Assembly: GCA_030451965.1 (NCBI GenBank)
Contig: JAKDNE010000001.1
Location: 1 to 34,643 of the forward strand
Direction: 5' to 3'
DNA: 34,643 nucleotides
Origin: Brachybacterium sp.
GTDB lineage: Bacteria > Actinomycetota > Actinomycetes > Actinomycetales > Dermabacteraceae
Under the pieces are notes generated by a model that saw only the letters and a program-made list of their open reading frames with translations, had not been told where the DNA came from and searched no databases. This document shows positions 1 to 8,550 of this stretch, in pieces. The stretch's first letter is position 1. Every line of letters begins with the position of its first letter. A program made the position numbers and the translations under genes.

Positions 1-364
1 TCAGCACGGCGGAGGGGCCGGGGATCACGGTCACCCGGTGCCCGGCCGCGGTGGCGGCCCGCACCGCACGGAAACCCGGATCGGAGACGACGGGCATACC
101 GGCGTCGGTGATGATCAGGACCCGCTGGTCCTCCGCCAGCGCCTCGAGCAGCGTCCCGGTGCGCTCGGCCTCGTTGTGCTCGTGGTACGAGAGGATCGTG
201 CCGACGGTCTCCACCTGGAGCTCGCGCACCAGGCGATGGAGCCGCCGGGTGTCCTCGGCGGCGATCAGATCCGCCTCGCCGAGCGCCCGCATCAGACGCA
301 CCGAGGCATCCAGCGGGTTCCCGATCGGGGTGGCGGCAAGGGTGAGGACTCCGGGCTCGAGCAT
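1..364 (-). CDS. rsmI: 16S rRNA (cytidine1402-2'-O)-methyltransferase, 5' part (runs off window start)
   Basis: Not in ORF track. Manual minus-strand translation from ATG at 364 gives [21 protein letters not shown]...AAEDTR...SYHEHNE...[13 protein letters not shown]...IPGPSAVL, the RsmI motifs. Divergent from pmt, as in other actinobacteria. Confidence 0.93.
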   Translation of the reverse strand, partial: MLEPGVLTLAATPIGNPLDASVRLMRALGEADLIAAEDTRRLHRLVRELQVETVGTILSYHEHNEAERTGTLLEALAEDQRVLIITDAGMPVVSDPGFRAVRAATAAGHRVTVIPGPSAVL

Positions 365-370
365 CCCGCC

Positions 371-376
371 ATGCTA
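371..376 (-). promoter_or_regulatory. -10 hexamer TAGCAT, 6 nt upstream of rsmI ATG (leaderless promoter)
   Basis: Minus strand reads TAGCAT-ggcggg-ATG; no Shine-Dalgarno. Confidence 0.6.
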
Positions 377-432
377 GCGATACCCGCCCACCCGGCCGAG
401 CGCATCTCCCGGACCGGCCCCGGGCGATGACC

Positions 433-438
433 TAGCAT
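433..438 (+). promoter_or_regulatory. -10 hexamer TAGCAT, 6 nt upstream of in-frame GTG 445 of pmt (leaderless promoter)
   Basis: TAGCAT-gtgcgg-GTG, mirroring the divergent rsmI promoter. Confidence 0.55.
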
Positions 439-444
439 GTGCGG

Positions 445-2055
445 GTGCCCACGGAGGAGGAAGCGACACCCCGCGTCCACCGCGCCGCCGTCGATGACGA
501 GCCACGCGCAGTGCTCGCCTCATATCGCCGACGGCTGCGGACATTCGACCTGCCCCTCTCCCGGCTGGCCTGGGCCGGTGCGATGGCCGTGTTCGGGCTC
601 GCCCTGGTGCTGCGACTGTGGGGCCTGGGGTCGATCGGCGAACTGATCTTCGACGAGACCTACTACGTCAAGGACGCCTTCACCCTCACCCAGCAGGGCG
701 TGGAGATGTCCTGGCCCGACGAGCCGGATGCCGCCTTCGAGGCCGGGGACGTGGACACCTACGAGCCCGAGGGCGCCTACGTGGTCCATCCGCCGCTGGG
801 CAAGTGGCTGATCGGCGGCGGCATGATGCTGCTGGGGGCGGACACGCCCTGGGGCTGGCGCATCTCCTCGGCGGTGCTGGGTTCGATCGCGGTGCTGCTG
901 CTCGCCCGGATCGGGAGGCGGCTGTTCCGCTCGACCACCGCGGGCCTGATCGCCGGCCTGCTCCTCGCGGTCGACGGCGTGCATCTGGTGCACTCCCGCA
1001 CCAGCCTGCTGGACCCCTTCTTGATGTTCTTCGCGCTGGCGGCGTTCGGTGCGCTCCTCATCGACCGGGACAGGTTCCGGGAGCGGCTCGCCCTGGCGAG
1101 CGCGAGCATGCACGCCGACTCCGAGGCGTCGGTCCCGCTGGGGATCTCCGGAGGGATGCGTCCGTGGCGACTGTTGGCGGGCCTGCTGCTGGGCATGGCC
1201 TGTTCGGTCAAATGGTCGGGGCTGTACTTCGTGGCGGTCTTCGGGATCATGACGGTGCTGTGGGACTGGTGGGCCCGTCGCACCGCCGCGCAGCGCGACT
1301 GGTTCGTCGGCTCTCTGGTGAGAGATGCGATCCCCGCCTTCTTCGCGATGGTGGGCACGGCGCTGGTGACCTACGTGGCCTCCTGGACCGGCTGGTTCGT
1401 CTCCGCGGTCGGATACAACCGCCACCTCGCGGCGGAGGAGGGCATGGCCACCGGCAACGGCGTCCTGGACTCACTGCTGTCGCTGTGGCTCTACCACGTC
1501 CAGGCCTACAGCTTCCACGTGGGCCTCGATACCGAGCACCCCTATGAGGCGAACCCGTGGGGCTGGCTGCTGCAGCTGCGGCCCACGAACTTCTACTACC
1601 GCTCCTACGACTACGGCGAGCATGGATGCGAGGCCGCCAAGTGCGGGGCGCACATCCTCTCGGTCGGCAACCCGCTGATCTGGTGGCTGGGCACCCTCGC
1701 GGTCCTGATGACGCTGGTGATCGCGGTGGTGCGTCGGGACGGCCGCGCCTGGGCGGCACTGGCGGGGATCCTCGCCGGCTACGTGCCGTGGCTGTTCTTC
1801 AGCGAGCGGACGATCTTCACGTTCTACACCGTCGCCTTCGCACCGTGGCTGATCCTGTGCCTGGCGTACGTGATGGCGCTGGCGATCGGCTCCGCCGACG
1901 CCGAGCGGGAGCGACGGCTCGCCGGAGGGCTGTTCGTCGGCTCGATGCTGGTGCTGATCCTGCTCGTCTCGGCATTCTTCTGGCCCATCTGGACCGGCCA
2001 GGTGCTCGACCTCGAGCAATGGCACTATCGCATGTGGCTGCCGTCCTGGACCTGA
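445..2055 (+). CDS. pmt: Polyprenol-phosphate-mannose:protein O-mannosyltransferase (GT39/PMT family)
   Basis: Multi-TM protein with IFDETYY, VVHPPLGKW, GWR, SRTSLLD, KWSG, HPY...W and GNPLIWW motifs; adjacent to rsmI. Start is 439 or 445 (445 fits the -10 spacing). Confidence 0.92.
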   Translation: MPTEEEATPRVHRAAVDDEPRAVLASYRRRLRTFDLPLSRLAWAGAMAVFGLALVLRLWGLGSIGELIFDETYYVKDAFTLTQQGVEMSWPDEPDAAFEAGDVDTYEPEGAYVVHPPLGKWLIGGGMMLLGADTPWGWRISSAVLGSIAVLLLARIGRRLFRSTTAGLIAGLLLAVDGVHLVHSRTSLLDPFLMFFALAAFGALLIDRDRFRERLALASASMHADSEASVPLGISGGMRPWRLLAGLLLGMACSVKWSGLYFVAVFGIMTVLWDWWARRTAAQRDWFVGSLVRDAIPAFFAMVGTALVTYVASWTGWFVSAVGYNRHLAAEEGMATGNGVLDSLLSLWLYHVQAYSFHVGLDTEHPYEANPWGWLLQLRPTNFYYRSYDYGEHGCEAAKCGAHILSVGNPLIWWLGTLAVLMTLVIAVVRRDGRAWAALAGILAGYVPWLFFSERTIFTFYTVAFAPWLILCLAYVMALAIGSADAERERRLAGGLFVGSMLVLILLVSAFFWPIWTGQVLDLEQWHYRMWLPSWT

Positions 2056-2106
2056 GGGCACGCAGCACGGTCGATGGCCTGGTCCCGCGGCCGACGGTAC
2101 GGCCGC

Positions 2107-2928
2107 TCAGTCCTCGGTTCCGCGCGTGCTGCGATCCAGCACCTCGCCCAGCAGCTCCCGCAGATCCGTCGCGGACTGCTCGCTCACGGTCGCCTCGGAC
2201 TCGCCCTCCTCAGGCGTGTCCATCGCGTACACGGCGCCGGAGGTCGCGAAGATCGTGGCCTGGCTCGCCTCGGTCGCGCTGACGGCGGTGAGGACCGAGA
2301 GGGTGCGGGTGTCCGCAAGCGTCTCGGCGAGCTCCCCCTCGGCCGAGTCCAGCTCGGCGATCGGGGCGGTCACGGACTGCCCGCCCTCGTCCCCGGCGAG
2401 GCCGTCGGGGTCGATGAAGCGTGCCAGCCGCTCGAGGGCAGCGGTGCGCGTCGGCACCGAGAACCGGTGGAAGCCGTCAGCGGAGACGAACTCCTCCAGC
2501 ACTCCCCCGTCGTCCTCCACATGCAGCACCAGGCGAGTCATCTGTTCGGCGACCTGACGGGTCACGTGCACGACCGCGCTCGCGGTGGATCGCAGCATGA
2601 ACAGCCCGGCGATCGGGCGGTCGATCTGCATCGCCCGGTCCTGCGCATCACCGATGACGACCTCTCCCTCGTTCTCCATCGCCTCGTCCACGGTCACGAC
2701 CAGTCCTCGGGCGATGAGCGAACGCAGCGCCGCCGAGGCGTGCGCGGACTCGTCGACGCCCTCCTGGTCGAGGTAGGGGCTGCCGGTGAGGGAGAGCGTG
2801 TCGCGACCGGCGAGCGCGACGATCTCCTCATCGGTGAGGACGATCAGCAGCTCCGGCTCGTCGGAGGCGGAGGCGAGGAGCTCCATGGCTCCTGCGGCAT
2901 CCCGCTCGGTCACGGTAGGGGTGGTCAT
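2107..2928 (-). CDS. Hypothetical acidic protein (273 aa), possible EspG-like partner/chaperone of the upstream WXG100 protein
   Basis: GAGGAG RBS before ATG 2928; coding-like composition; LTDEEIVAL / PYL / ALRSLIARGLV segments; directly downstream of the WXG100-domain gene. EspG likeness is an inference. Confidence 0.7.
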   Translation of the reverse strand: MTTPTVTERDAAGAMELLASASDEPELLIVLTDEEIVALAGRDTLSLTGSPYLDQEGVDESAHASAALRSLIARGLVVTVDEAMENEGEVVIGDAQDRAMQIDRPIAGLFMLRSTASAVVHVTRQVAEQMTRLVLHVEDDGGVLEEFVSADGFHRFSVPTRTAALERLARFIDPDGLAGDEGGQSVTAPIAELDSAEGELAETLADTRTLSVLTAVSATEASQATIFATSGAVYAMDTPEEGESEATVSEQSATDLRELLGEVLDRSTRGTED

Positions 2929-3030
2929 CGAGAGCTCCTCGGGCCTGCGGGCTGGATGGTCATGAAGCGCTCACCGCATGCACGGGGCGGCGCCCAGGCT
3001 AGTCGACGGCGGCATGTCCACGGGACCGGG

Positions 3031-4086
3031 TCACCACCCGAAGCCGAGGGCGTCGCCGATCGCACCGCCGACGTCCTTGATGGCGTCCCCGGCGGACTCC
3101 ATCCCGTCCCCGATCGACTCCGCGGCGCTCGAGGCGGCATCCGAGACGGTGTCCGTGACCGTGCTCGCCACGTTCGAGATGCCCTGGCCCACGTCGCCCG
3201 CGAAGTCCGCGATCGCCTCACGGTTGTCCCAGGCCATCTTGCCCAGGTCCATGCCGATGGACACCACGCCGGCTGCGAGCCCGACCCCGGCCACGATCGG
3301 CGCGGCCGGGCCGAACAGCGGAGCCGCGAGGACCAGACCACCGCCGACGGCGGACAGGCCACCGCTGGCCTTGTCGAAGGTCGTCTCGCCGTTCATCATC
3401 TGATGCACGCCCAGCCCGATGTCCAGTCCGGGGACCAGCTTCCCGCCGAGCTTGCCGAGCTTCCCGAGCTTCGGTGCGGCATTGTCGAGCCACGAGGGGA
3501 ACTTCCCTTCGTCGAGGTGCTTCTTCAGCGGATCCCAATTCCCGAGGGAGTCCGGGAGCCCGGCCTTGTCCAGGAGCTGCTTCGCGATGGAGGAGTACTC
3601 CTCGCCGCCGTTCAGGCCCTTACCCAACCCCCTGGCCAGCTCGTCCTTGTAGTGGCTCCAGAGCTTGCCCGGACCCCCCTGGAACGCGGCCTTCCATTCC
3701 TTCATGTGCTGGGGGAAGTCGTCGATGAGCTTCTTGAACTTCTTGAACGACGTGAAGATGTCCTGCCCCGCCTTGGCCAGACCGAAGGTGTTCTCAAGTG
3801 GCCCCGGCCCCTGCTCCACCTCCGAGGCCGTGTCCTGCTGCTCGGCCTCCTCGTCGAGCGACGTCCCCTGGGCCTCGATCGTGCTGATCTGCTCGTCGAG
3901 CCTCGGCGCCAGATCGCTGCGCCAGCGTTCCCGGAAGGTCTCGGCGTCCTCGCCCTCCCACTCCGCGCCGTAGGCGACCAGCATCGAGATCCGGGTCCGG
4001 ATGCCGTCCAGGGTGTTCGCGCGATCGCGCATCAGCTCCGCGTGCTCGCGGAGCTGCTCCGTATCCGCTCCCTGAAATCCGGTCAT
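3031..4086 (-). CDS. WXG100-domain protein (type VII secretion substrate-like) with Gly-rich hydrophobic C-terminal region
   Basis: N-terminal ~90 aa helical hairpin (GADTEQLR...W43-E-G45-DAETFRERW...AEQQDTAS); GGGAGA RBS; C-terminal Gly/Ala hydrophobic hairpin and 11-residue repeats. Confidence 0.82.
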   Translation of the reverse strand: MTGFQGADTEQLREHAELMRDRANTLDGIRTRISMLVAYGAEWEGEDAETFRERWRSDLAPRLDEQISTIEAQGTSLDEEAEQQDTASEVEQGPGPLENTFGLAKAGQDIFTSFKKFKKLIDDFPQHMKEWKAAFQGGPGKLWSHYKDELARGLGKGLNGGEEYSSIAKQLLDKAGLPDSLGNWDPLKKHLDEGKFPSWLDNAAPKLGKLGKLGGKLVPGLDIGLGVHQMMNGETTFDKASGGLSAVGGGLVLAAPLFGPAAPIVAGVGLAAGVVSIGMDLGKMAWDNREAIADFAGDVGQGISNVASTVTDTVSDAASSAAESIGDGMESAGDAIKDVGGAIGDALGFGW

Positions 4087-4190
4087 CGTTCTTCTCCCCC
4101 GTGGTCTTCCGCCCCGTGCCGCGTCCTCAGCGGACCGAGGGGCGCTCGTCGTCTGCGACGCTCACGCTATGCGGATGCACCCGACAAGGC

Positions 4191-4210
4191 GATGGGGACA
4201 ACTCCCCATC
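4191..4210. promoter_or_regulatory. Perfect 8-4-8 inverted repeat GATGGGGA-caac-TCCCCATC in the divergent WXG100/PH intergenic region (candidate operator)
   Basis: Read directly; lies between a minus-strand TAGCGT (4164-4169) and a plus-strand TACGAT (4215-4220). Confidence 0.5.
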
Positions 4211-4226
4211 CCCCTACGATGGCGAC

Positions 4227-5132
4227 ATGCCATACGGAACGAGCCTTGCCCAAAAGAGCCTCGCTCGGGCTCTGGCCACCACCACGACCCATCGCCGGCT
4301 GATGATGCCCGAGGACCTCGCCGACCACCTCCTCGCCCCCGACGACGAGGTTCTCATCGCCCTGCCCAGCATCCCGGACAACAAGCCACGGATCGTCATG
4401 GTCACGCGCGAGGAGGTGATCCTCGGACAGTGGAGTGCAGCAGGGTACTCGCCGAAGGACATCACACAGAAGCGCGCGATCCCAGGCCGCGACGTGCGCG
4501 GAGCCTCGTACAGTCCTGGGCTCTACCACGATGTAGAGATCAAAGTGCGTTCCGCCCGGGACCTGTCGATCCAGCCGTGCACGGTCGAGGACGGGATCCG
4601 CTTCGCGCACGCGCTCCAGGCCCTCGCCACGACCGGACGGGTCCCTCCACCGCTACCACCTGCGGACGTGGTCGCAGCACGGCATGCGCAGGGGAACTAC
4701 TCCCCGGACTCCCTCGAGAACCGGATGCGCGCCGTGTGGGATCGGGCGCTCCTGGCCACCACTGCTCTGTGGAACTGCGAAGAGGTCCATTCGGGGCCCG
4801 CGCTCGGCTGGCTGTACCCCGGGGAGCAGGCGCTGCTGGTCCTCCTCGGTCAGACAGGCGTCAGCACCGAGTACCTCGCGGTCACCGATCGAAGGGTCCT
4901 GCGGGGCAGCGCCCCGGGAGCGCGGGTGAAGGAGCGGCCCGCCGCCGACGTGCGCGACGCAGTGTTCGACGAAGGACGCTTCAAGGACGCGGTGAGGATC
5001 GAGATGCATGACGGCTCGTCCCTGAAGCTCGACGGCGGCATCCACCCGCTCGAGGGTCGGGAGTTCGTCGATGCCCTGAACGCCCTCATCGCGACCGGTT
5101 CGCTCCCGACGGAGCTGCTGCCCTTCCGCTGA
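4227..5132 (+). CDS. Hypothetical protein with two tandem bacterial PH-like domains
   Basis: ATG 4227 follows TACGAT-N6. The halves align: LAPDDEVL/LYPGEQAL, VMVTREEVILG/LAVTDRRVLRG, DVRGASYSPG/DVRDAVFDEG, FAHALQALATTG/FVDALNALIATG. The LxxxExxL...L.vTd.Rv pattern is typical of bPH domains. Confidence 0.72.
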   Translation: MPYGTSLAQKSLARALATTTTHRRLMMPEDLADHLLAPDDEVLIALPSIPDNKPRIVMVTREEVILGQWSAAGYSPKDITQKRAIPGRDVRGASYSPGLYHDVEIKVRSARDLSIQPCTVEDGIRFAHALQALATTGRVPPPLPPADVVAARHAQGNYSPDSLENRMRAVWDRALLATTALWNCEEVHSGPALGWLYPGEQALLVLLGQTGVSTEYLAVTDRRVLRGSAPGARVKERPAADVRDAVFDEGRFKDAVRIEMHDGSSLKLDGGIHPLEGREFVDALNALIATGSLPTELLPFR

Positions 5133-5227
5133 GGTCCCGGGAGCGCTGCCCGGGTCGGGGCGCGCGCATGTCCAGCACCCGGCGGACGGACAGGCTCGGC
5201 CGGTCCCCGGACCGTTACGATTGCCGC

Positions 5228-7363
5228 ATGCCCCCAGATTCCTCAGCGCTGCGAGATCTTGCCCGCGACCTCGGCGTCAGCACCCAGTACTGGGGGTGGG
5301 ACGGTGCGCTCAAGGACGTCGCCGATGACACCCTCCACGCGATCCTCGCCGCGCTCGGTGCGCCGGTGACCTCCGAGCAGGACATCACGGCAGTGCGGCG
5401 CGAGCGCGAACGGGCTCCCTGGGCCCGCACGCTGCCACCGGTGACGGTGCTGCGCGAGGACGCCGCCACCACGGTGCCCGTCCATGTCGACCACGGCACC
5501 ACGGTCCGGGCCCACCTGCTGTTCGAGGACGGCGACCGCCGGGACCTCGCGCAGGCCGAGGACCACACCGCCCCGTTCGATCTGGACGGCACCCTGCGCG
5601 GCCGGGCCCGCTTCCACCTGCCCGCCGGACTGCCGCTGGGCTGGCACCGGCTGATCGCGGAGACCGCACAGGGTCAGTCCGAGGCAGACGTGGTGGTGAC
5701 CCCGGCGCGGGTGAGAGTCCACGAGGAGTACGCCGCGAAGCGGGCCTTCGGGCTCCAGGCGCAGCTCTATTCGGTCCGCTCACAGCGCTCCTGGGGCATC
5801 GGCGACCTCGCCGACATGCGCGATCTCGCCGCCATCAGCGGTGCTCGTCACGGCGCGGACTTCCTGCTGGTCAACCCACTGCACGCTTCCTACCCGACAC
5901 CACCGGTGGAGCCCTCCCCGTATCTCCCGGTCACGCGCCGCTTCACCAGTGCGCTGTACCTGCGCATCGAGGACGTGCCCGAGTACCGCGAACTCGCCGA
6001 CTGCTCCCGCCAGCGGGTGGGGCTCCTGCGCGCGCGGGTGTCCGGCTGGAACGACCGTGTGGACCGCCTCGAGCGCGACGAGGTGCTGGCGGCGAAGCTC
6101 CAGGCTCTCGAGGAGCTGTTCGCGGTGCCGCTGACCGCGGGGCGCAGGGCGCTGCTGGACGCCTACCGCGCCCGTGAGGGACAGGGCCTGGAGGACTTCG
6201 CCCTGTGGTCCGCGATCGCGGAGTCGGTGCGCGGCACGGCCGATGAGGCCTGCCTGCAGGACCTCGACCAGGCCACCCTCGAGCAGGCCCGTCGCGAGCT
6301 GGCCTCGCGGATCGACTTCCAGATCTGGACGCAGTGGCTGCTCGACGAGCAGATGAGTGCCGCCCAGGCCGCGGCCCGCGATGCCGGGATGCGGATCGGG
6401 ATCATGCACGACCTCGCCGTCGGGGTGGAGCAGATCGGTGCGGATTCCTGGCGGCTGCGTGAGGTCCTCGCCGACGGTGTCGCCGTCGGTGCTCCGGCCG
6501 ATCAGTACAACCAGCAGGGCCAGAACTGGCACCAGCCACCGTGGCATCCCGACCATCTGCGCGAGGCCTCCTACCGGCCCTGGCGGGACATGCTGCGCAC
6601 GCTCATGCGCCATGCCGGAGCGCTGCGCATCGACCATGTGCTGGGGCTGTTCCGGCTGTGGTGGATCCCGGAGGGTCACGAGGCGGCCGACGGCGCCTAC
6701 GTCTCCTACGACCACGAGGCGATGATCGGCATCCTCGTCCTGGAGGCGCAGCGCTCGGGCACCCTGGTGGTCGGCGAGGACCTCGGCACCTTCGAGCCGT
6801 GGGTGCGCGACTACCTCGTGGATCGCGGGATACTGGGCACCTCGATCCTCTGGTTCGAGTACGACGGCGAGGGTGACCCGCTGCCGGCGGAGGACTACCG
6901 GGCTCTGTGCATGGCCTCGGTCAACACCCATGACCTGCCGCCCACGGCGGGCTACCTGGCAGGTGACCACGTGGCTCTGCGCCACGAGCTGGGTCTGCTG
7001 GAGCGGGACCTCGACGAGGAGCTCGAGGCCGATGCCGCCGGGCGCGAGCTGGTGCTCGACGGGCGGCGCCGCGAAGGCCTGCTGGCCGCCCGCGGCGAGG
7101 GCGGGTCGGACATCGAGCAGACGGTGCTCGCCCTGCACCGCCACCTGGCGCGCACCCCGTCGATGCTGCTGGGCGTCTCCCTCGTGGACTGCGTGGGCGA
7201 GCGGCGCATCCAGAACCAGCCGGGCACTGACGAGGAGTACCCGAACTGGCGGATCCCGCTGGCGGATGCCGCCGGCGCCCCGGTCTCGATCGACGACATC
7301 GCGACCGACGAACGCACCGCGCGCCTGCTGGCCGCGGTGCGCGAGGGCATGAGCCGGGGCTGA
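5228..7363 (+). CDS. malQ: 4-alpha-glucanotransferase (amylomaltase, GH77)
   Basis: QLYSVRS..SWGIGD, NPLH, PSPY.P.TRRF, HDLAVG, LRIDH, GEDLG, THDLP and NQPGT..YPNW motifs. ATG 5228 follows TACGAT-N6. Confidence 0.95.
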   Translation: MPPDSSALRDLARDLGVSTQYWGWDGALKDVADDTLHAILAALGAPVTSEQDITAVRRERERAPWARTLPPVTVLREDAATTVPVHVDHGTTVRAHLLFEDGDRRDLAQAEDHTAPFDLDGTLRGRARFHLPAGLPLGWHRLIAETAQGQSEADVVVTPARVRVHEEYAAKRAFGLQAQLYSVRSQRSWGIGDLADMRDLAAISGARHGADFLLVNPLHASYPTPPVEPSPYLPVTRRFTSALYLRIEDVPEYRELADCSRQRVGLLRARVSGWNDRVDRLERDEVLAAKLQALEELFAVPLTAGRRALLDAYRAREGQGLEDFALWSAIAESVRGTADEACLQDLDQATLEQARRELASRIDFQIWTQWLLDEQMSAAQAAARDAGMRIGIMHDLAVGVEQIGADSWRLREVLADGVAVGAPADQYNQQGQNWHQPPWHPDHLREASYRPWRDMLRTLMRHAGALRIDHVLGLFRLWWIPEGHEAADGAYVSYDHEAMIGILVLEAQRSGTLVVGEDLGTFEPWVRDYLVDRGILGTSILWFEYDGEGDPLPAEDYRALCMASVNTHDLPPTAGYLAGDHVALRHELGLLERDLDEELEADAAGRELVLDGRRREGLLAARGEGGSDIEQTVLALHRHLARTPSMLLGVSLVDCVGERRIQNQPGTDEEYPNWRIPLADAAGAPVSIDDIATDERTARLLAAVREGMSRG

Positions 7364-7391
7364 CGCGCGAGCTGCCGGCCCGTGTCCGCAG

Positions 7392-7865
7392 TCAGTCCGC
7401 CGTGACCTGGTCCCACACCGAGCGCTGGTCGAGGAACTCGCGGGCGGCGGTCTGCGCACCCTCGAGGCTGTGGTGGGCTCCCCAGCCGCACTGGACCTCG
7501 TTGGCCGCGGGCACCTCGTCGGCCGCCAGCAGATCGCGCAGGGTGGCCTCGAGGACGGGGGCGAAGTCCTCGACGGTGCGGTCACCGACCAGCAGCACGT
7601 AGAAGCCGGTGCGGCAGCCCATCGGCGAGACGTCCAGGACGTCGCCGGAGTGGTTGCGCATGTGCTCGGCCATCATGTGCTCGAGCGAGTGGACGGTCTC
7701 GGTGTCCAGGTGCTCGACGTTGGGCTGGGTGAAGCGCACGTCGAACTTCGTCAGGACGTCGCCGCCGGGCAGCTCCTTGCGATCGGCGATGCGCAGGTAG
7801 GGCGCGGCGACGGTGCGGTGGTCGAGGTTGAAGCTCTCGACGTTCATGCGGGGCTGGTCGGTCAT
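7392..7865 (-). CDS. luxS: S-ribosylhomocysteine lyase (AI-2 synthase)
   Basis: VESFNLDH, HSLEH (HxxEH), SPMGCRTGFY, QCG and HSL motifs; GAGGAG RBS before ATG 7865. Confidence 0.96.
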   Translation of the reverse strand: MTDQPRMNVESFNLDHRTVAAPYLRIADRKELPGGDVLTKFDVRFTQPNVEHLDTETVHSLEHMMAEHMRNHSGDVLDVSPMGCRTGFYVLLVGDRTVEDFAPVLEATLRDLLAADEVPAANEVQCGWGAHHSLEGAQTAAREFLDQRSVWDQVTAD

Positions 7866-7948
7866 CGGTGATGCTCCTCGGATCGGTGGTCTATCGGTGG
7901 TGTGTCGGTGGTGCAAGGAACGGGAGGCCGGTGGGGCGGCGGGGATGC

Positions 7949-8494
7949 TCAGCGGCTGGAGCGGGCAGTGCGTCCGCGCACGACGCCGACGAACTCCTGG
8001 CGCAGCGGATCGTCCGCATCCCGCGGCCAGGCCAGGGCGATGCGGGTGGGCTCGCCCTCTGCCAGCGGGCGTGAGACGGCGTCCTTGCGGTGGTGGAGCC
8101 GGGCGAGCGAGAGCGGCACCCGGGTGAAGCCGGCGCCGGTGGCGGCGACCGCGATCCGCTCGGCGGCGTCATCGGCATGGGTGGCGGGGATCTCGGTCTC
8201 CCCCTCCAGATCGTCCGGGTCGATCTCGTCGAGCAGGCTCAGCGCATTCTCGGTGCCCACCACGATCGCGGCCCGTTCCTGCCACAGCGGCACCAGGTGC
8301 AGTTCGTCGGAGGTCAGCGGCAGGCGCACGAAGCACATGTCGACCTCTCCGGCGCTCAGCGCCTCGTGCTGGCGCGAGAGCGGGATCGGGATCAGCTCGA
8401 GCCAGGCCCCGCGACGACCCGACTTCCAGCGGCGCAGGAAGCGATCAGGCTCGACGCCGGGGACGAAGCCGACGCGCAACGTGGTGGGATGCAT
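7949..8494 (-). CDS. Stand-alone LysR-type substrate-binding domain protein (no HTH)
   Basis: LRVGFVPGV...W...D.CFVRLP...VAATGAG...VPLSLAR...IALAW...FVGVVRGRTARSSR; begins directly at the effector domain; TAGGCT-N6-ATG. Confidence 0.85.
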   Translation of the reverse strand: MHPTTLRVGFVPGVEPDRFLRRWKSGRRGAWLELIPIPLSRQHEALSAGEVDMCFVRLPLTSDELHLVPLWQERAAIVVGTENALSLLDEIDPDDLEGETEIPATHADDAAERIAVAATGAGFTRVPLSLARLHHRKDAVSRPLAEGEPTRIALAWPRDADDPLRQEFVGVVRGRTARSSR

Positions 8495-8550
8495 GCCCCC
8501 AGCCTACGACCTGCGTGCGGCGCCGTCGGGAGCTGCTCTACCCTTCCTCC

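Noticed and set aside
2074-4302. 742-aa plus-strand ORF
   Set aside because: Antisense shadow of the WXG100 and partner genes; stop-poor reverse frame typical of high GC; no motifs.
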